A DNA stretch of 23,025 nt. Origin: a virus. How positions within the stretch are numbered: position 1 is the stretch's first letter; every line of letters begins with the position of its first letter. Position numbers and translations under genes: made by a program. The notes beneath the pieces were generated by a model. That model saw only the letters and a program-made list of their open reading frames with translations. It was not told where the DNA came from and ran no database searches. This document shows, piece by piece, positions 15,166 through 23,025 of the stretch. The stretch lies in the IMG/VR virus record IMGVR_UViG_3300005573_000070, one strand, 5' to 3'.

Positions 15166-16217
15166 ATGGTCTTAAGTGCCTGTGAAGAATACATTGTACT
15201 GTTGAACTGAACCATTGGTGGTCCAGATGGTCCAGCTGGTGTACTGTGAATATGTGAATTAAGTGCGGTTGTCAAGAGGTCAGCTAGTACAACCGCTTGA
15301 GTACCATTGTTTATCACGACGCCGCCCGTCGCGTTATTAACTTTCACTGACCCACCACCAGCGTCAATCTCTATACCAGACGCGGTTATTTTGATCTTGA
15401 CAGACGTACCAGCATTCCCTTCTATGGTTACTTCTCCGGTTCCTTTCAGTTCAATAGATGCTGACGTACCACTAGTACTACTCTTAACTGTAACACTGTC
15501 TCCAGTTATGGTTACGTTTGAAGAAACGCCAGTAACAGGACTCGATTTAACGTCAACCTTACCAGTCTGGTCAACAGATATAGTTGCATTTGGTACCGGG
15601 GCATAACTGGTACCAAGGAACATCTTGTGACTCAGTGTCAGACCGTTCTTTTCAATATTAAGGTTTATCCCTTGAGTGTCAAGGTAAAGAGACCCAGCCC
15701 TTACCTTTGTTTCACCAGTTAAACTTTGCGCTTCTAATACAAAGTATGAAGATCCGGTCGACAACTTAAGGCTACCGTCTTTTCTAAGATACAAATACCC
15801 ACCATAATACTGAGTAGTACCGGCTGCTTGAATTGCTATCTCGCCTGGCAGTGGTTTCACCCTAAGAGGCGGTTCCGAAGCAGATTCCTGGGGCCAGTTC
15901 TTAAGAAATCTTACCGGGAAAATTTGTCTCTTATCTTTACCACTTAGCGAAATCTCCTCGTATAGAACAAGGGTCCTGATTTTCGCTTGTTTAATGGCCT
16001 CGCCCGGGTTGTACATTTTACCAACAAACTCCGCAAGTAACGGGTCCGACAAGTTCCACACGTCAAGCGTTTTTATATCAGATGGTACTGGTACCTCATT
16101 CAGACCAGTTGTGTTCAGTACAGCTACGTCAGTATAGTATGCTCCGTCAGTACCAAGAATGTCTATAAAAAGCCCTTTCTCGGTTCGTTTAATGCCGGTT
16201 ACGATACCTAGTTTCAT
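15162..16217 (-). CDS. Baseplate central spike (P2 gpV / phi92 gp138-like), 351 aa
   Basis: N-terminal OB-fold-like start (GIVTGI...), LPGEIAI, a long G/S/T/V-rich beta-strand repeat region, and apex LNSHIHSTPAGPSGPP with the HxH metal-binding motif. Confidence 0.85.
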   Translation of the reverse strand: MKLGIVTGIKRTEKGLFIDILGTDGAYYTDVAVLNTTGLNEVPVPSDIKTLDVWNLSDPLLAEFVGKMYNPGEAIKQAKIRTLVLYEEISLSGKDKRQIFPVRFLKNWPQESASEPPLRVKPLPGEIAIQAAGTTQYYGGYLYLRKDGSLKLSTGSSYFVLEAQSLTGETKVRAGSLYLDTQGINLNIEKNGLTLSHKMFLGTSYAPVPNATISVDQTGKVDVKSSPVTGVSSNVTITGDSVTVKSSTSGTSASIELKGTGEVTIEGNAGTSVKIKITASGIEIDAGGGSVKVNNATGGVVINNGTQAVVLADLLTTALNSHIHSTPAGPSGPPMVQFNSTMYSSQALKTI

Positions 16218-17647
16218 GGTTCTGTTAACGAATAATCCGCGTAATCTATCCAGTATTTTGCGATATTATCAAGGAATGGAATTTTCGGAAATCGAGTCAC
16301 GTCAAATGACTGGTAACAGTCGTACACACTTCCTTCTGGTACAATATTCTTCATACCAAATACTCGTAACATTTCGGATGTAAGATCAGGATCAAGAGGA
16401 TTGTACAGATACAAGGCAGTTTGGCTCTGCGAACTCTTTACCTGTGTGCTGTTACTGGGAACATCATAAACAGATATCTCGTAGTTCTGCGCCAAGGCTT
16501 GTAATCGGCTCACAAGAGCTTGTTTAAACGACTGTAGCGTGTCCTGATCCACTCTAACTATATTTTTGACGAGGACAGGTACGTATTTATAAATCTCGCG
16601 ATAGAAAATTTCGTCATCCCAGTATCGTTCGTCGAAGTAATTTGGGACCAATCCACCCTCGATACCTTTATCAGGGTTGACCGTCCCGACTATTTTGACC
16701 ACTACATTGTCATGAAGCCAGGCATCAGAGGTAGTAGCGTTAGGATCCTCGATCCTGTTCACTGGAAAGTAATAAGGAATAATTGCGGACCCGAAAGATT
16801 GAGAAAGAATCCTTTTTACTTCAACGCAGCCCCAAAGTTTCGGATTTCGACCTTGTCCGTTAACGTTAACTGTATAAACAAAGCTATTGTTAACAAGCTG
16901 CTCAATGAAAATCATATTTATTATGGACGGGTCAATAATGAATCCGACAACTAAACCGGCATAACCTGCCCCGTCATAACTTATCTGTTTCCCCGATCCT
17001 ATCTGAACTTGGTATTGCTTCCCTTTGTCAAACTCGTATATAGCACAAGTTCCGTAAGCAAGTAATGATAACGTTGGATCAACGACTGTATCGGGATTCA
17101 CACTCCTAACCGTGATAACAGAATTGTTCTCGTTTATATCGGACCACGTGTATGGTCTGTAATTAACCATAGTCTCTGCGGTCTCGCGACGAGCTGGAGT
17201 AGTTAGCAAAGTGTATAAAAGAAGACATGTACCGTAATTATATCCGGTCGGTTCGTCAATGGTAGCATTAAGAGGTATCTCGATCTGTACATTACCGTCT
17301 AAATAGCGAGCGCCTATAAGCGTACCAACTCTTTTGAGGTGTTCTTGGATATAACCCATTACCTTCTCCGAAAATTCTAAGTATTGGTTAATCCACATTT
17401 CAATTAATGCCTTGATGTGCTGCTCTTTTATGTTTATCAACTTTTCTGTCTTTCTAAAAGGAGTTTTATAGTAATAAAGAGGTTTATTCCCTGTCCCATA
17501 CCTGACCCAGTAGTACCCATCTCTAACTTTACAAAATTCTTCGATATCGGACTTTTCTTTCCCCGAGAGTATAGACGTTGCAGACCCGGACGAAACCGCG
17601 TAATCTAGAAGCAACGAATAGTCTATTATTGTTGGAATGTGCTTCAT
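16214..17647 (-). CDS. Hypothetical structural protein between hub and spike, 477 aa
   Basis: ATGA overlaps on both sides. No motif recognised. Confidence 0.75.
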   Translation of the reverse strand: MKHIPTIIDYSLLLDYAVSSGSATSILSGKEKSDIEEFCKVRDGYYWVRYGTGNKPLYYYKTPFRKTEKLINIKEQHIKALIEMWINQYLEFSEKVMGYIQEHLKRVGTLIGARYLDGNVQIEIPLNATIDEPTGYNYGTCLLLYTLLTTPARRETAETMVNYRPYTWSDINENNSVITVRSVNPDTVVDPTLSLLAYGTCAIYEFDKGKQYQVQIGSGKQISYDGAGYAGLVVGFIIDPSIINMIFIEQLVNNSFVYTVNVNGQGRNPKLWGCVEVKRILSQSFGSAIIPYYFPVNRIEDPNATTSDAWLHDNVVVKIVGTVNPDKGIEGGLVPNYFDERYWDDEIFYREIYKYVPVLVKNIVRVDQDTLQSFKQALVSRLQALAQNYEISVYDVPSNSTQVKSSQSQTALYLYNPLDPDLTSEMLRVFGMKNIVPEGSVYDCYQSFDVTRFPKIPFLDNIAKYWIDYADYSLTEP

Positions 17648-20079
17648 CCTTTTATTTTGACATTGCTCACTCTTCTTGCGAATATAAATTCAAGATCAAT
17701 TGTCGGGACAGATTCAAGTGCGTAAGAATATGTCATACTGTGTAACATCGCGACCCATCCGGTTAATGACTTGTTACCTACAATAGCAGCTCCTTCGGTA
17801 CCGAAATACGGGTCTGGTATGAAATATGCTCTTCCCAAACAGTATCTCCTACCATTGTTTACCACGGCAATAGTCATGGTTCTTGTAGACGCATTCTTAA
17901 AGCTTAATGCTACCGCACTGAACAACGCAATGTAGTTGAGATGGAACAAAGATGCGTTTGGGTTTACTGTTTTTGAGGCCACAGACGACCCGTACTTGAA
18001 CGCAATCTGCGAATCTGTATATGCCCAACAGAACGGAAATATCTCCCCGGATAAAGGCGTGACCGGCGAAAAATCTTGGCGCGACATCAAATCGAAATCG
18101 CGTCTGGACCAGTTCATCTTTAGGATATCTTCCCTGTTAATCACAAAATCAGGATCAACGTATCCTTTCTCGTCGACCAACAACATATTTGGTCGCGGGT
18201 ACCTTAACACTAAAGTGCCTGGTTCGTCGTCAAAGATGTAAGCATATGTTGTATCGAACAGGTTACTTAAAAGAGATGTCCCACTTTCTATAACGTTATA
18301 AAAAACAACGTGGGATTCTGCCACTTGAAGGTTGTACGCCCTAATTGTAGCGGAATCTCCTTCCTGGTACGCGGCAATATAACAATACTTAGAAAGTCGG
18401 GACAAATCTTTCAATTTATTAAAGACGGCTTGTTTCCGGGCAACTTCTGTTTCAATCTGACCAATCTCAGGTGATCCCTGACCTAGCTCGTGCACTTTCT
18501 CGACCATCTCGTTCTGTATCGTGTTTAGTTTCTTACTAACGTTATCTTGTAGTCGTAAGAGAACGTCTCTGTACTTTTCTCTGACCTTAAAGTACAAGTA
18601 TGACACCCAGTACATGTTCGAAAATCCAGTACTTTTCCCGGCAGCCGTGCACAACTGGTTAACATCATCTACGTTATACCACGCCCTTCGGTAAAAAGAT
18701 AGTCCAGAAACGCCAAACTTTGTATCGGACAATTTCGATGTGTATAACAATCCTTTCGTTTCTTTTAATCGGTCATCCTGTATTAACAGGTCAATGTCTG
18801 GGCTACCTGTTATACTCTCTGAACTGCCAGTGATTTGAGGAGTCATGTTCTCTGCAGGGACAACAGTTGTTAATGATTCTGAACCAGACAGTTTAACAAC
18901 CATGTACAAGCCCGCTTCGCTCATTTTTTGCCCGGTTAAACTTGTTACTGACCCGGTCATCGTACCCGCAACCGTTCCTCCGGATAGTTCCGGAACAGAC
19001 CCTCTCTTATTAGTTAAATGTAGCGTGTTTAATACGTATTCAAAAATTTCATCAACTGTCTTGAAGTTCAGTATATCCTCAAACACAGTTATTCCGGGTT
19101 GTTGCATGTCTAACGGATAGTTTTCAAAGAAAGTCATTAACGCGCGGTCCTTGACTGTATTCACACGGTCCAAATACGCAACGTAACTTTTACAAGTTAT
19201 AGTACATGTGGGAACTTGTTCGGGTTCAACTGTATAGTTAACAGCGGTTACAACGCCAACGAACCGTCTCTGGTGAAAGTATCCTTCAAGTTCGTTCGGT
19301 TGTAAACTATCTACATCGCTCCTAAGACTGTCAATTTCACTTTTTGTAGCAGGACCGTAGTACTCACCAATGTGTAAGTTACCACGAGGTGTATCGGAAC
19401 CGATAACGTCTACAAAAAAGTCGACTATATTGTTTTCGGTAATGTAGCTACAGCCTAGCTCTCTCAACTTCTCCAAGCTCAGAGTAAATTTGAGCTCCAT
19501 ACCAATTCGGTCCAAGCTAACAACGTACGAATCAATACTTATAACCGCTTCTGTAAGATCAATTTCGTCGACATTACCACGACCGACCAAATCGTATAAA
19601 GACGGTTTTAGTCCTTTAAATAACTCAATAATAGACCCGATCTTGTTTCTGTAGTACTCGTTATGTGGTTTGCTCAATTCCTCGTAGTTGGTAGTCGGAT
19701 CTAACGCTTTCCAGTTAATGTTCAGATCTGTCTCGCCAACATAATACGAATGTTTGTCCTTGAGAAACTCTTTAAGGTACCAGTCAGCACTGCTTTCTAT
19801 CTCAGCTGGAGGTGTTATCGGTAACGGATGTTGTGACAACGTACCAAGGTCCTTCAATTTCGATTCCATGTTCTTTATCTTAGTCTTGATGTCTGAGATC
19901 TCGGTATTCAGATTTTCTTCTGATACAAGCCTGGGCGTAAGAGTTGGGTCTGTGACCGGGTTACCATCCAAGTCCACTTCGTCATAAATGTCAAAAGCTA
20001 GTTGTTTCCCAATACCATCCGTGGAATTCCACCTATATAGTATAAGTTTGAATCTGGTTGTGAAAACTTTTTCGGCCAT
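17644..20079 (-). CDS. Probable baseplate hub protein (T4 gp27 / P2 gpD-like) with insertions, about 811 aa
   Basis: Position between the tube-initiator-like and spike genes; motifs FVGVVTAVNYTV...CTITCKSYVAYL and late KYG...MTIAV...RYCLGR...HSMTYSY. ATG 20079 (4 nt after the upstream stop) is preferred over the track's GTG 20100. Confidence 0.65.
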   Translation of the reverse strand: MAEKVFTTRFKLILYRWNSTDGIGKQLAFDIYDEVDLDGNPVTDPTLTPRLVSEENLNTEISDIKTKIKNMESKLKDLGTLSQHPLPITPPAEIESSADWYLKEFLKDKHSYYVGETDLNINWKALDPTTNYEELSKPHNEYYRNKIGSIIELFKGLKPSLYDLVGRGNVDEIDLTEAVISIDSYVVSLDRIGMELKFTLSLEKLRELGCSYITENNIVDFFVDVIGSDTPRGNLHIGEYYGPATKSEIDSLRSDVDSLQPNELEGYFHQRRFVGVVTAVNYTVEPEQVPTCTITCKSYVAYLDRVNTVKDRALMTFFENYPLDMQQPGITVFEDILNFKTVDEIFEYVLNTLHLTNKRGSVPELSGGTVAGTMTGSVTSLTGQKMSEAGLYMVVKLSGSESLTTVVPAENMTPQITGSSESITGSPDIDLLIQDDRLKETKGLLYTSKLSDTKFGVSGLSFYRRAWYNVDDVNQLCTAAGKSTGFSNMYWVSYLYFKVREKYRDVLLRLQDNVSKKLNTIQNEMVEKVHELGQGSPEIGQIETEVARKQAVFNKLKDLSRLSKYCYIAAYQEGDSATIRAYNLQVAESHVVFYNVIESGTSLLSNLFDTTYAYIFDDEPGTLVLRYPRPNMLLVDEKGYVDPDFVINREDILKMNWSRRDFDLMSRQDFSPVTPLSGEIFPFCWAYTDSQIAFKYGSSVASKTVNPNASLFHLNYIALFSAVALSFKNASTRTMTIAVVNNGRRYCLGRAYFIPDPYFGTEGAAIVGNKSLTGWVAMLHSMTYSYALESVPTIDLEFIFARRVSNVKIKG

Positions 20080-20083
20080 TGTT

Positions 20084-20818
20084 TTACGTAGCACCACCAC
20101 TGGCAGAGAAAGACTTTAGTTCTTCAGGTACTGGCTTCTCAAATTTTTCGACGGGTATCGGTCTCAATATACCCTTAAAAGATATTGTAAATTTGATGAT
20201 GCCTAATCGGTTTTGCTCTTCTGTAATCGAGACGTCGGAAATGAACCCGTCAAAAATCAGGCTCCTCCCCGGACCTAAATAATCGGATATCGTTAGCTGT
20301 TGCTTGACAATGCTACTGGCACTTCTTTTGACACGACCAGTTCGAACAGTTTCAGATATCCTGTAGAGTGTATTAATAAATGTTGGAAACTGTTGTACTC
20401 CCGGGTACCTGGAAATAGGGGTTCCTTTCTTTGTTACCTTCGTTCCCTTCTTTCGCAAAGATTCTGTTAACAGTTTGAACCGGCCGTATGTTGCCTCCTT
20501 AATATTTGCCCCGATATTGGAAAACACTTCTTTGAACGACTTTGATTTTGCTGATTCTACCGGATCCGAAGGCTCTTTAGTCTCGTCCAAAATCTCGTCC
20601 CGTACGTTATAGAAAGTGCCAATGTAAGTACTGCCGGACAGCTTTATATCAACAGGCCCTATAAACCATGGGTGGACAAAGTTAGAAGCAATGCCTTGGG
20701 CCGTACCCACTTTTGTGTCCAAGGCAAAGTTGATGCTGGTAATTCCTCGTATCCTAAAGTAATAAGTAACTGCTTCCGTTGGTACTGTTAAGACTATTGT
20801 TCTAGACCTGACCGTCAT
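20084..20818 (-). CDS. Probable tail tube initiator / tape-measure-adjacent protein, 244 aa
   Basis: Immediately follows the tape measure. The pattern FVHPW...IKLSGST ... FDGFISDVSITEE...FTISF is typical of tube-fold baseplate proteins. Confidence 0.55.
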   Translation of the reverse strand: MTVRSRTIVLTVPTEAVTYYFRIRGITSINFALDTKVGTAQGIASNFVHPWFIGPVDIKLSGSTYIGTFYNVRDEILDETKEPSDPVESAKSKSFKEVFSNIGANIKEATYGRFKLLTESLRKKGTKVTKKGTPISRYPGVQQFPTFINTLYRISETVRTGRVKRSASSIVKQQLTISDYLGPGRSLIFDGFISDVSITEEQNRLGIIKFTISFKGILRPIPVEKFEKPVPEELKSFSASGGAT

Positions 20819-20821
20819 TGT

Positions 20822-23025
20822 TTACCTACCTATACGTGCAAGACCCATTAACAATGGCGAAGACAGTTTGCCAATAATAAGAGTAAGTTTATCTAGTATC
20901 CTTTTCACCAAAATAATTAATGTCTGTAACGGATTACCAAGTGAGTCCATTACCAACATCATTTCGTCAATCTTATCAACACTAAGTCCTGATCTGGCCA
21001 GTGCTTCTCTGAAGTCAACGTTCCTGTTCTGTACCCATGTCTCAACTGCTTCTCGTAACACGTCTACTTCTTCTGGGAACCTTCTGATAATCTCTCTGAA
21101 CTGTGGAACAAAAGCCATCCACGTATCCTTAAGACCGGCACTATGCTTTGCAATATCCATAAAAAATGCGGCTGTTTCTCTGGCTTTCTCAAACGGGGTT
21201 GTAACAAGAGCTTTGTGAACCATTTCATCTAACGTTCCTGTCCAACGACCAGTAGCTGCAAGTACGCCCGCGTACATGTCCCATGTCGTACCACCAATAA
21301 CTTCCGCAAACTGTTCTGCTAACTTTCTCGAATGTTCAACTGTTAACGAAAATCTTTTACCAACCGTGGCTATTGCAGAAACAACATTGCCCATAAGTTG
21401 ACTGTTAATATCGGAGAAACGGGAACCCATCCACATGATACGTTCAAACACACCACCAAAGATCTGCATAACTTCAGTCATAGTAAGACGTATCTTTCTC
21501 AAAATATAACCTGCGAAGTTACTGTACATTTGTAGAATATCGTGCGCTCCTTTGTAACCTCTACGTATGATCTCTTGTAAACTATAGCCGAAGTACGAGG
21601 CAAACTTTACTAACCGAGTACTTAGTTCGCCAGCTGTTGTACCAATAGCCCTGGCAAATCGGTCAATGGTCATTGAAAAGCTGACAATACCACCAATTCC
21701 TCGTCTCGTCAGACTTTCAAAAGTTTCTCCGAGTGGCATGAAAACGTTGATAACATCACTAACGGCTTTGGACACTGTTTCGATTGAGTAGATCATACTA
21801 GCCCAACTGCCCATCAAATCAAGTGTAAACTCTCTAACATCTCTCAGGCCAAAAACGTATTCGCCAAAAGACTTTGTTACCTCCGCGGTTAACTTAGTAA
21901 CGCGCATGCCTGCTTCATAGAGTGCATAAAGTATCGTAATAATCATGGTAACCACAGCCGTGGAAACTTTCTTTATTTCGAGCAACTGTTCTATGAATCC
22001 CTTTAAACTTTTGGCCGCGTCAACAATTGGCCCGGCTCCAGCCACGATAGACCGGGCAAGAGTTATAATGTTGAGCGCAAATTTACCAACAGCTGTAGCT
22101 ACGGTTTGGATAGGTTTTGGCAATTGCGACATTTTTTCCGAAAATCTCTTGAAAGAGTCATTGGCCATATGTTGCCATACAACGAATTCGGTAGTTGATT
22201 TGGTGTATTCCTTGACAAGTTCGGCCACGTTGTCCGCGACCTTTTTGAGTTCGTCCAAGTCCTCGACTAATTTTGTAATCGATTCCTTTGTCACCAAATT
22301 CTTGACACTCAGTTCCTCTATTCTTTTCTTTAATGCGTCATACTGTCCTTCGAGGACCTTGTTGTATTTGGTAAGGCCCGCAACTGACTGGAGATAGTTC
22401 CTGAGAGAGTTCTTAATCTCTTGTATCTTCTTGTTAGACTCTTCACTAACCGTTATTAAAACTTCGGCTTCTTTTGAAAGTTTGGCCGCTTCATCTCTCA
22501 AATCTCTTACCATCTCTATACCGTTTTCATTAGCAACAACCAGACCTATTTGCTTCCCTGTAGATTCCTGGATGGACCGGCTCATTTCCTGGAACGACCT
22601 AACAACCTCATTAACATTGTCCGGTATCGTACCTGACAGTACACTACGAACAATTTCCTCTAACTTGGACAACGTTTTTCTGTACTCACGATATTTGTCA
22701 GAACTTTCGGAAAGGACGCCGTTAAGACGCCGACTTTCGTTAGCAAGTATCCCGACGAAACTGCTAAGATCGAACTTGAATTCCGTAAGTCGTTTCGACT
22801 GGTCCTTCAAAAAAGATTCGTAACCACTGAGTGCGGTACTTATCGTTTCGACCAATTTCTTTCTCGCGGTCTCGATCTGGCCAATAACTTTTGTCATATC
22901 CTCGCCCATTTTATATATCTTGTCAGCAAATTCTGTCGCGGACATAGATGTCTCACTAAAAGCGCTTGCTAACTTGTTAGCATAAGAACTAGCTTTGTCA
23001 ATAACTGGAAATGTTTCTTTAATGG
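20822..23025 (-). CDS. Tail tape-measure-like protein, 5'-truncated by the window (over 733 aa)
   Basis: Long helical/coiled-coil protein with a hydrophobic stretch (AVVTMIITILYALY), upstream of the baseplate genes. The frame stays open upstream of the track's Met at 22945 to the window edge (IKETFPVIDKASSYANKLASAFSETS-MSAT). Confidence 0.75.
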   Translation of the reverse strand, partial: IKETFPVIDKASSYANKLASAFSETSMSATEFADKIYKMGEDMTKVIGQIETARKKLVETISTALSGYESFLKDQSKRLTEFKFDLSSFVGILANESRRLNGVLSESSDKYREYRKTLSKLEEIVRSVLSGTIPDNVNEVVRSFQEMSRSIQESTGKQIGLVVANENGIEMVRDLRDEAAKLSKEAEVLITVSEESNKKIQEIKNSLRNYLQSVAGLTKYNKVLEGQYDALKKRIEELSVKNLVTKESITKLVEDLDELKKVADNVAELVKEYTKSTTEFVVWQHMANDSFKRFSEKMSQLPKPIQTVATAVGKFALNIITLARSIVAGAGPIVDAAKSLKGFIEQLLEIKKVSTAVVTMIITILYALYEAGMRVTKLTAEVTKSFGEYVFGLRDVREFTLDLMGSWASMIYSIETVSKAVSDVINVFMPLGETFESLTRRGIGGIVSFSMTIDRFARAIGTTAGELSTRLVKFASYFGYSLQEIIRRGYKGAHDILQMYSNFAGYILRKIRLTMTEVMQIFGGVFERIMWMGSRFSDINSQLMGNVVSAIATVGKRFSLTVEHSRKLAEQFAEVIGGTTWDMYAGVLAATGRWTGTLDEMVHKALVTTPFEKARETAAFFMDIAKHSAGLKDTWMAFVPQFREIIRRFPEEVDVLREAVETWVQNRNVDFREALARSGLSVDKIDEMMLVMDSLGNPLQTLIILVKRILDKLTLIIGKLSSPLLMGLARIGR

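Noticed and set aside
14829-15175. ORFs 14829..15125 (-, 98 aa) and 14876..15175 (+, 99 aa)
   Set aside because: They overlap the better-supported 60 aa gene (ATGA-coupled to the spike) and run through the hairpin-rich gap. No protein motif is recognisable.
70-22823. All remaining plus-strand ORFs in the track
   Set aside because: They are short antisense shadows of long minus-strand genes. The duplicated ones (5288/8824, 5439/8921, 941/11005) simply mirror the DNA repeats.
22943-22945. Met at 22945 as the start of the tape-measure gene
   Set aside because: The frame is open upstream to the window edge and no ribosome-binding site is evident, so the gene probably starts outside the window.
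1-23025. Stop-codon reassignment, or a bacterial contractile injection system instead of a virus
   Set aside because: All three stops end tightly packed genes. A long tape measure and several large fibres favour a tailed virus, although capsid genes lie outside the window so a tailocin-like element is not formally excluded.

Overview
This window is the tail, baseplate and fibre region of a contractile-tailed (myovirus-like) virus or prophage. All real genes are on the minus strand, tightly packed, and use the standard code (TAA, TAG and TGA all act as stops). In transcription order (right to left): tape-measure-like protein (runs off the right edge), tube-initiator-like protein, baseplate hub, unknown 477 aa protein, HxH-tipped central spike, two small unknowns, gp25/gpW-like protein, baseplate J, gpI-like wedge, 1050 aa fibre with a peptidase-S74 chaperone, 224 aa coiled-coil protein, 1318 aa fibre/adhesin, GT9-like glycosyltransferase, a solo tnpB, and a second paralogue of the 1050 aa fibre (1..1200, absent from the ORF track, runs off the left edge). 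Four signals stand out. (i) Both complete fibres are chains of modules joined at 15 GNVGIG(T)-type motifs whose DNA is conserved in two fixed codon versions, and whole modules are copied within and between genes, suggesting a cassette-shuffling host-range system. (ii) The baseplate-anchoring fibre N-terminus is duplicated about 10.08 kb away, with patches of near-identity. (iii) An intact tnpB with a folded 3' RNA-like element abuts a fibre start codon. (iv) GC-rich hairpin elements built from a GGTCYRGYC box fill the two largest intergenic gaps. All family calls are from motif recognition by eye; no database search was run, and the host cannot be assigned.
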